Shown here in pieces: positions 28,643 through 42,229 of a stretch of DNA of 64,000 nt (position 1 is its first letter; every line of letters starts with the position of its first letter). The position numbers and the translations under genes are program-made. The notes beneath the pieces are model-generated. The model had not been told where the DNA came from and searched no databases. It worked only from the letters and a program-made list of their open reading frames with translations. Origin of the DNA: Octopus sinensis (taxonomy: Eukaryota); NCBI RefSeq assembly GCF_006345805.1, contig NC_042997.1, positions 68,510,001 through 68,574,000 of the forward strand, given 5' to 3'.

Positions 28643-30158
28643 GAATCTACCTCTTGCAACGAACTAAATTCCTCATAGAGCTTCTAATTTGCTAAGTTTG
28701 AGATAACATCGGCTTCACATCTTGTTGCTTGACATAATATGCAGTCTACAATAAGCATAAATACTTTCATATGCATGTGCGTATACATACCAATTTGCAT
28801 ATATGCGATTATATATTTACATATGCATATTTGTGTGTGTGTGCGTGTGTACATGTGTGTGTGTGTGTGTGTATACATACATATGTATATGCATATATAT
28901 CGTATGTATATATACATATATACATACGATATATACATACATATAGATAACAATATATACAAATATATATATATACACATATATATATAAATGTATGTGT
29001 ATATCGTTTATACCTGTTAATATTCTTTTTAATGCCACTATCTAACACTGCTGTAGACGCCAATGCGTTAGTTTTGAATGAAAATTAATTAAATGGCCTT
29101 TCTACATAAGTAAAGTCTCCTTTTGAGCTAACTTACATATATCCTAATTGTCAACATATATTCTTTTAGTGCCTCAAACCAACATAATAGAAGCAAAAGT
29201 AACAATCTGCTTTATTATACGCTTATCGTGGAAACAATGTTACAAATATTCCATCGGATAAAACGGAAGAAAAAAGAACAGACAAAAACTCAGGAGCTAA
29301 TAGGTAGTTATGTTTCTTATCTTAACTCAGGTTATTCTTATCAGATTAGATCTATGATAAAGATTATGAACCTAGCGGATTTTTATTTGGACATATGTCA
29401 TTTAAGACTTCTTTATCAAGTTTTTTTTTCATTTTCTCAGAGAATTGATTGTGATATGATATAGATCTGGCTGATAATTCTAGGAGGTCACGTGACACCG
29501 GAATGATGGCTCGTAGCCATGATGTTGTTTGTAGTACTTTGATAAAAGTACAGACGAAGTACACATTCATGCACAAGAAAACCCAGTCCAAGTTGTTCGT
29601 TTTTAACCGAGCTGAATATCTTCCAGAACAATGGGTGTATATAAAACAAGGGTTTAAGAATACTTTCTGTACAAATATGTTAATAGGAGATAAATATCCA
29701 ATCAGTAGGTCGCTTGCCATTTGGAGATAAACTTTCTGATTAGTTCTGATTCCTAATATTGACAGTGAAGCAAGTTGAGGTATATTTAATACGGTTCTTC
29801 CCGAGATAACTAACAATAATCGGTTACTACTGAACTGAAATACCAACATTCTGTCTTGCACATTGAAAATCCTCGGAGAATATTATCAATAGTCCAGTGT
29901 AATATCTACTCATTGGGATGAGTTCTAAAGGAAAGGGATTTTACCTCATCAACGGTGGATGAATATCGAGAAGCATTATCCAATAAAATATTGCGATTTT
30001 TGGGTAATTTATTTTATTAGATGAGGATGAACCAAGGTTTTCAAGACAATCAAGAAAAGTGCACGCATATTGATTGTTCTTCGACGATCATAAGACATTA
30101 AGAAATAATTCCAAATAAACAGGTGCAAAGATAACGCTGATATGGATCGCAAAAGACG

Positions 30159-30240
<82 letters not shown>

Positions 30241-32957
30241 AGTGAGAGAAGTAGAGAGAAACGATTAGAAATATAGAAAGAAAGAATGTGTGACAAAAGG
30301 GAAAGAAATAAGGAAGACAAAGAGAGAAACAAAATAATAAAGATTTCTTTCTACAACGACACGCATGAGTTGTCTGAGAATTTAACTGTGCTGAGAGTAA
30401 AAATAGAATTGTTCACATGTGTAAATATAGGTCTGACAGTAGGGAGGATGTTGAACATGGGATTTTCAAGAAAGTTGAAACTGCATTCACCGACATGTAT
30501 GTGGTTGAGATGTGAAGGTGTGGCTTATATCCATCAGATATATACAGTTAAGTCTGTATCTAGAAGAAGAAAATACTTTAGAAGCTACTCACTTTTTTAC
30601 CAAACCAGATTCATTTTACAAAAGTATTTAAAATAACCAGATATTAAATCAAGCAGCGTTTGAGCCTAGTCAAATTTTGAGTCCAAGAAGCGTTTGACTA
30701 CAGAAAATAAAGAACACTAACTTAATTTTTAAACAATCCAATTATTCTAATGAGGCACATTAATTAAGATAAATTAATGTGTTTCTTTTGAATATTTTGA
30801 TAGTTTAAGACAAAGATTTCACATATTGGAATAAATTTTCATTTGAGGTGACTAAGGTAAAAATAGCACTCCTCTGGGGTTTATGTCAAAATTGAAATAA
30901 TACGATTTGTTGCAATTCTTCTCAGTCATACCAGCGTTGTCACATTAACATAGATAACATTAGCTAGGTTTCAAACCATGCTATGCATTGATAGCTATTT
31001 ATAAGCGTTTTTTTTTTACATGATTTATTTAGCAGATGTAGAACAGTGCCCTTATCACTTGTAACTTGTCCCAGGCGAGTGAAAATACTGATGCGTTTAA
31101 TGTTGAATTTGAAGATTTGTAATTTGAGATATTCAGGTAAAGAGTAGAAGTGGGGTACATTCATAGGAATGTAAATGTGAAAGAGAAATGTTTGTGAAGT
31201 GCCTAATATGTAGTTTGGAAGAGAGTAGGAGTGACGACAGGAAAGAAATTTAGGTCTGGTTGAAAGGTGGTAACAGCCTACTAAATCAGAGAAGCACATA
31301 CCGTTAGAGTTGAGAGAAGCAAACTTGCCTTTGAGGGTCAGTGATTGAGTGTGTTGATCATTGAATCTTTACCAGTATGCCGAATGGTCTTTTTCATACT
31401 ATTCAATCTGGGATGTTTGTGTGTGTAATAAGATATTTTTATATTGCGAACTTTATAGCCATTGATACGTTGGAAATGAAGCTATGGCTACATAATTCGT
31501 CTTTGTCAGACGTAGTTTACACTTTCTAGTGTTTTACCTTACATTGAGATAAATTCCTGTGGAGTAAAATATTGCAAACTTTGGCAAGGAAATGTTACTT
31601 TCTGGAACGTTTTATTTGAGGGTAGTGGAGAAGACACGGTTGGAACTAGTTTCCTTGTTGAGAGTTGAACAGATTCCACTTGTGGCGAGTGTGAATACGT
31701 GGTATGATAGGGAATTATTCAGCGTAGAGACAGATGAGTCGAGATAGGTTTATATCCAACCAAGGACGAAAGGTGAAACTGTTTTACTAAATATAGTGAT
31801 ATTTAGTATATTATCTGTATATCAGTAATAAAACACCAAGAAACATTCGAGGGAAAAAGATAAAGGCAACGGATTGACTTAGAAGATAAATTTCCTTGAT
31901 AATATCCAATTGAAAGAAATGTGCAATAAGGTCAAAAGATTTGCCAAATCGAGTACTGTACAGAAAGAAAATATGACAATATGCGTTGGTAAGCCAATCT
32001 TACCTTACTAATGTTTTTAGAAATACATTGAAATTGCAGATTCTATATCTTACTCATAAATTGAAGGCTGATATCTTTAATGCTTCAATACACACAATGG
32101 AATGCTTAACTCGGTGTTTCTACATTAGAATATAATGAGAAGAGCCAACTTTTATTGTAATTGGGACTACAGTTGGAATGTTTTGCATTGCCATTCTCAC
32201 TGATTATGCAAGTACCTACTGAAATAATAAACACTAAAAGGTGACAAAAATATGATGGCTATCGAACTGATTACAGAAATTTTATGTTATTGTTGCTTTT
32301 ATAAAGGGCATTTCCTGTGGAAAGATATTGGATTTCACCAGAACTTTTTTGAAGTCCTTGATGGGCATCTACAGTTCTCATTGTATACACTCAGTTGATA
32401 TAATCTGTAATTTATATTAAAGCCCACAAAGTCATTAGCCTTCAGCTGTAATATGCTTATTCTTTAACTTTATTTCGAAATAAGAGTATTCGTTATTATA
32501 TTTCAAAAGCGAATATCGGGGACTAAGAGTTCAGCTTATGATGAGCGAAATTAATGTCTAAGTTTCGTCACTTTAAGTAACTTATCTTCCCTTATGCCAT
32601 TAATAGCCTTAGGAGAGACATACATCTTTCAAATTTATCACTTTAAATCGGATTTGAAAAATTCCTTTATTCAATTTTAATTTTATCCCATTAAAGAAAT
32701 TAGTTCATTAATACAATTCTAGCGAAAAGAGACTTCTTGGTGTTGTATTACTGTTATACAGATGTAGAGTTTAATAGAAACGCAAGCTAAGGCTTATATG
32801 GTTCTTTAACTAACCTCAATACTGGTAGCTGAATATCTCGACTAACTTGTCAATCAATAATAAGCATTTCAATGGGAGTTGTGTTTTCATCGTATTTTTC
32901 TTTGCTTAGGTTACGTTTTCTATGAGAAGAATAATATAAAATACTAAGATTACAATA

Positions 32958-34490
32958 CAGTGAACAGCAAAAGAAACGGGCGACGTGTGTGACTGTGAAA
33001 TATGTTTTAATATCATTATGTCAAAGATAAATTTTGATAAATCTGATAAAGTCAATTTCTTAGATGCATTTTGACCACAGTCTATGGGACGTTGTCATGT
33101 GTTCTAGCAGTGGGGGATCCACTATATCGAGATTGTAGGGCGTGACATGTTCAATACTGTGTATGCCCTCCCTGGGTGTTCAAAACGACCATACACATTC
33201 GGTACATGGATTGCATGAAGCAGTTCACAAAAACAATTGGCACTTGTGCCCACGCTCTGAGGAAAGCTGCCTCCAGTTCCACTCGAGTTGTTGGGTTTGG
33301 GAGCACCTAGTTCAAATGTCTCTGGATTTCATCCCACAGGTGTTCAATTGGGTTCAAATCCAGGCTGAGAGCCGAGCACAGGATGGCTCTGATGTTGTGC
33401 TGTCGCAAGAAGTCCATGGTGACCTTGGCTTTGTGAGAGAGAGCATTGTCCTGCTGGAACACGTGGCTATTGTGACGCGCGAAGTAGAGCACGATGTGAG
33501 GTGTTAGGATCTGGTTAACGTAGCGCTGCACTATAATGCCATTCCCTCCGCCTGTACCAGAAATTTGGAACACATGAGTCCCAATTATCTAATTCAGGTC
33601 TATAGCACCCCAAACCATGATGCTTTGGCCACCCCACGCGTCTCTCTCCATGACACAAGCGTCTCTGTACCATTCAACCCTCCTAGGCCACACTCTCAAT
33701 CTGTCATCCGAGGTGGAAATGCAGTACTGGCTTTCGTCAGAGAAGACTATCGACCTCCATTGTTGATGCCCCCAATGCCGGTGCTGTGTAGCCCACTGTA
33801 GTCGTGTTTCAAGGTGGTGGGCGGTGAGGACAGGCCCTCAGCAGGATGACGGCAATGCAGGTTATTGGCGGCCAGTCGACGTCGTACCATGTCGTCGCTA
33901 ACGAGTCGCTGCCCAGTGCCAATGGTCTCGCGAGCTGTCAAGCTGGCCGATCTGAAGCAATCACGAAGGTTGCATGTGGATGAAATGGTCCTGCCTGGGC
34001 GTGGTAACCCGAGGGTGCCGTCTGTGGGTACGGTCTGCAGTGCTGTCGGTGTTGCATCTCTGTTGCAGGCGATAGATAGTGCTGACATGGGCATTGTTAG
34101 CTTTCGCAACAACCAGGGCACGCTGCCCTGCTTGCAATCGGCCGATTGTTTGTTCTCTCTGCGCTGCTGACAATCGGGTCATACCTGATGCGTCTAAATT
34201 ACAAATGCCAGGAACACAGTTCAAGTAGCATTTTATACCCACAACCTCCACGAGATGCACGTGAATTTCGGTTTTCATGACAATTGTTTGTACCTGCCAC
34301 CCACAGCATTCAACGCAGCTGCGTTTTGGGGTCTCGTTTCAGGGAAAGTTGAAAAGTTACCTGCAATTTGGGTTTCAGCCATAAACTAGTATGTCTTGGA
34401 CTATTTATACTTACGTCCCCGAAATAAATTTTGAGAATTTACCTTATAAAAATGACATTTGAAAAACTCGAGTCTTTTTGCGGTTGACTG
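32958..34490 (-). mobile_element. Full-length decayed Tc1-like DNA transposon (DD34E)
   Basis: TA on both sides; imperfect TIRs CAGTGAACAGCAAAA / CAGTCAACCGCAAAA. Minus-strand HTH region (MTRLSAAQREQTIGRLQAG, ATG 34182), then IVFSDES, FQQDNA and LNPIEHLW with 34 residues between the second D and the E. Frameshifted. Confidence 0.93.
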
Positions 34491-35641
34491 TAGTTTAAAA
34501 AATAAGAATGCCTCACCAGTACTTCCAGCAGAGTAAAATATATTTTATGAATTCGTATTTGCTTCAATGTCATGCATTAGAGTTGCAAAGAATACCGAAT
34601 TAGGAACCACCATTTTTAGTGCAACATGATTTAATTGTGCATGCTGTGTAAAAAGTCATGTGCGATGGAGTGGATAGAGTAAATTGGAGGCCAATCTAAA
34701 TGCTGTTTTTAATCTTGCTCAGTGATCTCAGTTTATTTAGTTCAAGCATCACAACAGAGAATTAGCATAAGACAATTAGTAATTCGATTAAACAATACAA
34801 TCAATATATTGGAATTATAACTACTTAATATATTATATAGATTTTGTAAAACAAAAGCATTTTTATTAACCAAAGTGAACCATTATTGATAGTTTGTAAA
34901 CTGATCTGAAAAATATTAATAAATTACAGTTTAAACGCTATAAAAATGAAGTTGTAAATTATTTTAAAATGAAAGTAGCCGTATCTTCATTATTCATGTA
35001 CAATAAGAATCCAAATTTATTAGATTTTTATTTCCATAAGAAATAATTTTTCAAAATTTGTGTTTTCTTACTCGTTCTGATTGAACTTTTCCTTTAACTT
35101 ATAAGGAAATGGATTCAAGTTAATTTTAATTTTCGAATACTAATATTACTTCAAAAGGAAGAAGGGATGGGCTCAGTAATAGTTTCACCTTTATCTTGTA
35201 TAAAATTCAATAGAAAGTATTCAAAGTATCAGCTTAATTATAGTATTTCAGTACCTCGTTCAATAGAAAGAGCAACGGAATGCTAAATGGTGCTTTACCG
35301 GAAGTTGGTTTCCTTACCCACTCATAAAACCGCTAAAAGAAAACTCTAAAACTTAATGTTACTTTCTTCTTTCTCTCTTACAGCATAAAATAAACTTTGA
35401 AGATGTTTGAAATTTCATGGCGGTTAAATGTATATTAATCAGCAATCAATTTAGTAAAATAATATTTGAAAAAAATGTGATGCGTATTTAAAAAGTCTAT
35501 TTCTAACCAACAAGATTGATTAGTTGAATCAGTTCACATATCTTGAAATATGTTTGTATTCAATAAAGTCTGAGAATCTAACTGACGATATTGCAAAGAT
35601 TATGCAATAAATAACTCGAAAAACCTTTTAGCTTTGTTGAT

Positions 35642-35668
35642 ATAATAATAATAATAATAATAATAATG

Positions 35669-35725
<57 letters not shown>

Positions 35726-35790
35726 GTAATAATAATAATAATAATAATAATTATAATAATAATGATTTTAATAATAATAATAATAATAAT
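35642..35790. repeat. (AAT)n microsatellite
   Basis: Direct reading. Confidence 0.97.
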
Positions 35791-35794
35791 AAAA

Positions 35795-36145
35795 AGCCTA
35801 GCAGAGTATTTATAGAGCAGCACAGAAAAACTACTAAAGACAATGAATAAAGAACGGGTGATGAAGCGCGTAATAGGGAAAAAAGCACAAGAATGAAATA
35901 CAAAGAGAGCACGTCAGACAGATTGGAGAGAAATCCCTGCATGGCCAATTTTGGAGAGTCACTGAAGACGTATGTAGAACAAAATCCTGGGCTTGGTTAA
36001 AAAAAGGGGCAATTAAAAATAGAAACAGCCTAAATGTAGCAGCACAAGATCAAGCGATAAAAACAAACAACTTGAGAAAGAATATAAAAGAAGAGAAAAA
36101 TGTAGAGCCTGTGCAACTTGGAAGGAGACAGTGGCACACATTGAC
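35795..36145 (+). mobile_element. R4/Dong-clade (RLE) LINE fragment, region before the zinc knuckle
   Basis: WREKSLHGQFWRV..KSWAWLKKG.LK.ET..AAQDQAIKTN..CRAC..ETVAHI remnants. Confidence 0.75.
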
Positions 36146-37545
36146 CGCGTACTTCGGACAAGCCCGACTGATAGTACATTCGTGTCTGTAGAGTTTATCT
36201 CGAACCGATAGCGCCTTCCAGTAGCACTGCCAGGCCAAGAACATCTGGAAATCAACCATGATAGTTCCCGATCGAAAAATCATTAATTCACTATAAATTT
36301 CTAAAACGATCCCATTACCCGACTGGTAGAGAGCTGTGAGCGCCTGACGACATTATAGGTGCCAGTCTCCCAGTTTCGTTCATTTCTACACCCAGGACTG
36401 CAGCTCCGTCAAGGAGACGAGCTGCGGAAAGACGAGCCTCACAAACGGAGCACACACACGCTCACTGTCCAGAAATCGCTGCAGGTGACATCACCTAATA
36501 GCATGTCTGAATTTGAATAATAGAAACTTCAGGCTGGTCAAGCAGTAACCGAGACATGGCATGGCGGTCAGGCAATAAATGATAACGGATGCAATGTAAG
36601 CATTCGCCACCTCTGCCCGAACTTTCATGGATAGGTTCTTCTCAGCATTTCTGGGTAAGACTGGCCACCTTATTCTCCACCTTGTCCCAGTTCTTATCAA
36701 CCTGGAAGTTGGGACCAAACCAGATCCTGTGTATTTTAACTGGACCGTCCGTCCAGCGTCCAACGACTCCGTCCGATGGCATCATCCTGCCTCTCCAGGA
36801 GCCCAACCGTAAACTCACCGATTTGTCGGCGTTGATTTTAGCCCCTGCAACCGACTCATATTCCTTTAGGATGGTGCCACTGTCTCCACTTCGGAGGAGT
36901 TCAACACCATGACGATGACGTCGTCTGTATATGCCGATACTGCCCTTCCTTGTCCCACTTCGAAAGGGATGCCCCTTAGCTGTTCCAACTTCCGTAACAG
37001 TGGCTCGAGTGCCAATACGTAAAAAAGAGGTGACAGTTGGCAGCCCTGACGGCCGAGCGTGCAATGCCATACAGCTCCAATAGGTGGCTGTTTATTTTGA
37101 TTACTTAACATTTGCAGCTGTCATTGCTGCGATACAGCCTCTGGAAACGGGTCCGAAACCGCCTACTTCCAGGACGTCCTCCAAGTAGCGATGATCGACC
37201 GTATCGAATGCTTTTGATTGATCCAAATTGATTAGAGCACCCACGAAGCCAGCTTTGGTGCCAGCCATCTCTATGATGTATTGCTTATTATTGCGCACGT
37301 TTGCGTTTCTCCGACCAGACCATTGGCGACAAGCGCCAGCCTTTTCGCTAACACCTTGATCAAAATCTTAAAGTCCGTGTTTGGCAGAGTTATGGGCCGA
37401 AAATTCGGTAGTACATCCCCATTGTCGGCGTCCTTCCTCAGCAGTGTCACCACACCTCTGCTAATAACATTAGGAATTCTGCCGTTCGGTTGCCTGTTGC
37501 GGCCCACGCCTGACAAGAGATTACCAAACAAATCTGGCATTGAAT
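36146..37545 (-). mobile_element. Tx1/L1-clade LINE ORF2 relic (RT domain)
   Basis: GVVTLLRK, NFRPITLPNTDFKILIKVLAKRL, LDQSKAFDTVDH, RQGCQLSPLFYVLALEPL, AYTDD, GRWTDGP; multiple frameshifts. Confidence 0.9.
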
Positions 37546-37558
37546 TCATATATAAAAG

Positions 37559-37590
<32 letters not shown>

Positions 37591-37699
37591 GTGTGTGTGT
37601 TTATGCATATATATATATACATACATAAACCGCTTGGAATAGATTGACCTTGAATTCTGCTGGGCTTTCACGCTAAGTCATAGCGTTATCGCTCACTGC

Positions 37700-38115
37700 C
37701 GTCGTTTATAGAAATGCTTGGAAGTAAAGTGTTGAGAGTATGGTCGTCTGAAAAGGAAGATCGGGTTTCAGTTCCGCGGAATCTTCTTGTTTGTATTGAG
37801 AAAGATGAAAACGTCTTGCAAACGGTCATGAGAGGTGACGTATCGTGGGTATGATCCTGAAACGAAGGATCGGTCTTCGCAACAAAAGACTCCAACAAAG
37901 TTTCAAGACACCGAAGAAATCAAAGAGAATGCGACAAGGTAACTGATTGCAATCTCCGGAAAGGAGCTTCAAGAATACTTCCATTAATGGAAACGATGGT
38001 GCATAATGTGTGTGGCTTTAGAAGGGAACAACTTCGGAACATTAAATGACGAATTGGTATGTGTTGTAGTTTTCTTTTTACATTAGCAGTCCCAATATTT
38101 TCCGATCATACCTTG
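37700..38115 (+). mobile_element. Internally deleted mariner relic with 3' TIR
   Basis: GDVSW..YDPETK and FQDTEEIKENAT..WKRW..EGNNF remnants; ends ...tccgatcataccttg followed by TA. Confidence 0.75.
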
Positions 38116-38317
38116 TATATATATCAAGAACATAGATGAGAGAGAAGAAGAGAGAGGAAGAGGGGAAGGGTGGAAGAGTGAGGGAGAGCGAAAGAGAGAG
38201 AAATAATTTCGTATGAAGTAATTAAACAAGCTAAATTCATATAGCAAATATATTTACACTAATGCTTGTGTTAGGTTTTAAGCAATTTTACGAACGCCTT
38301 GGTTAGGTTTTAAATAT

Positions 38318-38387
<70 letters not shown>

Positions 38388-40067
38388 TATATTATATATA
38401 TATATTTGCTACCAAGAATTCAAGGATAAATGATTCAACCGACATATAACTTCATCTTTGTAGGTTCAAGGTTTGACTAGTTTTCTTTATTTTTTTTAAT
38501 GAAAATATTTTAAAAAGCAATTAATTAAAATTATTTTGATGACTATCTTAATATAGGAAATATCATTTAATTGAATCATCTCAGTCAGTTATTTAAGTCT
38601 ATTTTGACAAAATTTTAAATTGAAACAGAATTAATGCTTAATTGACATAATTGATTTATATAACTTCACTCGTTCAAGGTCCGAGCTTAAATTGATACAC
38701 ATACTATGAAGAGAATGGTAAACATTAAACCATTAATTCTAACGGAAAACCTTATTGAAGAAAAAAACTCAATATAATTTAATTAAGAAATATAATCATT
38801 ACATTTTTCTAAAATGTTAAGAGCTCAAATGGACTTTTCACACAATTACCTTGAATTGTCAGCTGGTATTTTATGCTGCTGTTTATTTGCACATGTTTAC
38901 ATACAGAGATTAATGATGTATTTTCTGACATTTGTTTATCACTGGAATCCCAGTAGGCCTTTTGATGTACGATCATTTAAAATGTTCTTCTTTTCCAAAA
39001 ATGTGTATTCAAATTGTGGCAGTATACAACTCATGCTCTATTTCTAAGATACTCCACCTATTTTCATTCTGCTAATGAGAAACAATCAAAGCAGTAATCA
39101 AATAAGTGCAGGGACTGGAAAACATCAAATATATCGACGCAAACATGTACATGAACATCAGTGTCACGAAACATATGCAACAAACTGAAAATACAAGTAA
39201 CCTGAGTACATTTTGCGATATGCCGAGGATGGTGATTCTCCAGTATATACTGACGAAAGTAAAATTTTGTATGGTAATAAACTCTGAGTAAGCTAATTAA
39301 CTAAAAACAGTAAAAATATTCATTCTGACAAGTCATCAGTGATAATTTGCTATCGTTTCCATGCAATTGATAAGCGCTTACAAGACGTAATTGGAGCAAT
39401 AAGTTTTATAAGAGCAAACATTAGTTTTGATGACTGAATTTTAAATCTAAATGAATTGAATAATTTAAAGCAATCATCGTAGATTTTCAACATCGTTGAA
39501 CATTAAAACACGCTACATTTGGCTAACGGATAAATAACAAATAACAAAACAAAGGTAAGACTTTATTAACAAAAATAAAATCATGGACGATAATCAGAAA
39601 TCCTCCACATCATAACACATTTCACTGTTTTCGTCTAAACTTCGTGTAGTTCTTTAAGTTATTCAATTGGAAGCTACACAGTTACTATTCCAGAGAAATG
39701 TGATTTAACAGGATATCTCTTGAATAAGGTCTGAGGATATAATGACTATGATAGAATATTCGACTTAATTTGGCATAGAAATGTCCCACTACTTGATATA
39801 TTGGAAAGCTTTACGAACTTGACCAAGATTAAAAGAACTGGTTAAAAGAAGATGCTTTCTTTACGGAGATCTATTTGTTCAATCTTGTACATGATCAAAG
39901 TGTATGGCATGTCCTGTAGAAATAGTAGGCTGATATAGAAAGAATATAGTTTGAATCTCCTGAAAACCGACGTCGTTAGATAAATTGCTTTTGCTTGTAT
40001 TGCATTAGCTTTATTCTTTCTCATTATTTCTTTTCCGGCTAAACTACATCTGTAGGCGTGCGTGTGC

Positions 40068-40074
<7 letters not shown>

Positions 40075-40107
<33 letters not shown>

Positions 40108-40206
40108 AAGTGCATGTGTGTCTATATGTATGTATGTACCTGTCTGTCTGTCTGTCTGCCTGCCTGTCTGTCTGTCTGTCTGTCTGCGTGTCTGTATATC
40201 TGTCTG

Positions 40207-40285
<79 letters not shown>
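40075..40285. repeat. Compound (TG)n/(TCTG)n/(TATC)n microsatellite
   Basis: Direct reading. Confidence 0.95.
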
Positions 40286-40596
40286 CTGTTAAATGATCGA
40301 TTTATCATTATCTTTTGTGCATATTTGCCTTTTTGTATATTTCTGCTTCGGTAACTAACAATATGATATCTGCAGGCATTTTGTCCATGCAACCAGGAGG
40401 TGCTTGTAGGTGGAAGTTACGTAAAGAAAATGGACAATAATAAAGGATAGGACTGCAACAGCGTCAGCGAGATGGATAACAATATGAAGGTTAATAACAT
40501 CTATAGCACCCAGGACAATAAGAATAATAGAAAAATGTTCATAAGCCCAGAATATTTACGGAACATCATTATCATGCCATTAATATATATATATAT

Positions 40597-41269
40597 AATC
40601 AACTAATAAGGGTGAGAAAATTGGATACTAATTTAATAGTACATCCATTTAACACCAAGTGGCTTGGTGCAAAAAAACCTGGATTACGATAAATTTTATA
40701 CATAAATATAAGAGAGTAAACACTATGTGGTCGATTCTAGCACTAAAAATAGATCCGCTAGGTTTCAACCACAAAGAATTGTTTCCGATGAAAGTTAGCA
40801 CGACTACTAGCGGAAACGAACAGGGCAAATAAAAATAACAAAAATGCAGATTAGTTCAGGACAATTGTTTCGCTATTAATAAATTATGTAATTTTACTCA
40901 CATAACATATCTGTAGCTCTTCAGCCGAACCCGTCCAGAATAATCCAGGTTTTTATGCACTAAGCCACTTGGTGTTCAATGGATGTACTATTAAATTAGT
41001 ATCCAATTTTCACCCTTTTAGTTGATTGTAATTACACTACATTTAATTTTGGATGTAGTATCTGTTTCCGTGCGGTTGAGTAAATTTTATTCTGGACGGG
41101 TTTGGCTGAAGAGCTACAGATATGTTATGTGAGTAAAATTACATAATTTATTAATAGCGAAACAATTGTCCTGAACTAATCTGCATTTTTGTTATTTTTA
41201 TTTGCCTTGTTCGTTTGCGCTAGTAGTCGTGCTAACTTTCATCGGAAACAATTCTTTGTGGCTGAAACC
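40597..41269. repeat. Interleaved inverted repeats A(40597-40686)-x-B(40761-40943)-A'(40941-41027)-y-B'(41087-41269)
   Basis: A' is the reverse complement of A (about 90 bp) and B' of B (about 183 bp), with few mismatches. B and A' overlap by TAA. Confidence 0.92.
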
Positions 41270-41303
41270 AATTTCGATTATTGCCTAGGCAATAATCGAA
41301 ATT
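41270..41303. repeat. Perfect 34-bp palindrome AATTTCGATTATTGCCT|AGGCAATAATCGAAATT
   Basis: 17 consecutive pairs with no spacer, checked base by base. Confidence 0.95.
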
Positions 41304-41330
41304 TTTGTTCGTCTTGTGGTTGAGAGAGGC

Positions 41331-41426
41331 TCCTTATCTTTCCTGATGAGAAGATTGCATAATGTACCTTGTATTCCTTCGGAATAAAAATATGCTGTCT
41401 TCGAAACATATGTCGAGAGTAAAGGA
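41331..41426 (+). ncRNA. Type I hammerhead ribozyme (predicted cleavage after GUC, C41414)
   Basis: Core CUGAUGA at 41343-49 and GAAA at 41403-06. Stem II base GAAGA/UCUUC, extended by GCAUA/UAUGC and UAUUCC/GGAAUA. Minimal stem III AC-[AUAU]-GU with palindromic CAUAUG. Stem I CUUUC/GAGAG, a 2x2 internal loop, then UCCUU/AAGGA. Confidence 0.82.
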
Positions 41427-42229
41427 ATTTTGTTAACATCTTCGTTCGACTCCATTCTTTCATTCATTCATATACAACACACACATTTCTATACAAGAAA
41501 CCGGAGTTTCTACCCTTGACAGGTCGCTTCAACCGTGTTTTCTGACGTGAATTTAATACTCAGGTTTCGGTTAAACGAATTTTCCATGCTGACGATAAAC
41601 ATAGGATAATTCATTCACCTACTTAAATATATATATATCAATGGTGTAATAATGTACATATATGTGTGTGTCTGTGTGTGTATGTGCGTGTGTGTATGCG
41701 TGCTTGTGTGTGTGTGTGTGTATTATATATATTTATACATACGTGTATGTTTGTAACACTACCTATCACCCCATCCTTAGAACAGTAATTATCGCACCGT
41801 ATCTCCGATATCTTCAATCTCCATCATGATACCTGCAAATACTATCGCTGCTAACATTATCAGCAATCACCTCTATGACGATTATGACCTACCAGGACTT
41901 GCTTGAATGACCTCCATGTCTGCCACCAACACACGTACCACATCCACCACTAACATTGATTAATATGTTCTTCCTCAAAATATCAAGAAAACTACTACAC
42001 ACACCACAGATACCACCAACTATAATTATTACAATCTTTTCCCCGAAACGACATCAGCATATAGCAGTCCAATCTCTCTGAAATCCCCCCCCCCCCAGTT
42101 TAACCACTTTAGAAATTTCTTAAATAACCTGGAGAAATCAATCCCTGATACAATACACCGACAAAGAAGGTAGGTGTCCCCAGTTAGAAGCCGAAAGGAC
42201 GGTCTGTAATTGGCACAGTAAATAATATC

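Noticed and set aside
29364-29861. 165-aa minus-strand ORF
   Set aside because: Non-ATG start, no recognisable domain, and no convincing splice boundaries.
40780-40830. CCGATGA...GGAAAC in repeat B as a second hammerhead
   Set aside because: U4 is mutated, there is no NUH or stem III, and the B' copy lacks GAAA.
42113-42169. Exon with strong donor AG|GTAGGT
   Set aside because: It adjoins or lies within the R4/Dong LINE relic, and its phase is incompatible with the 21748 exon.
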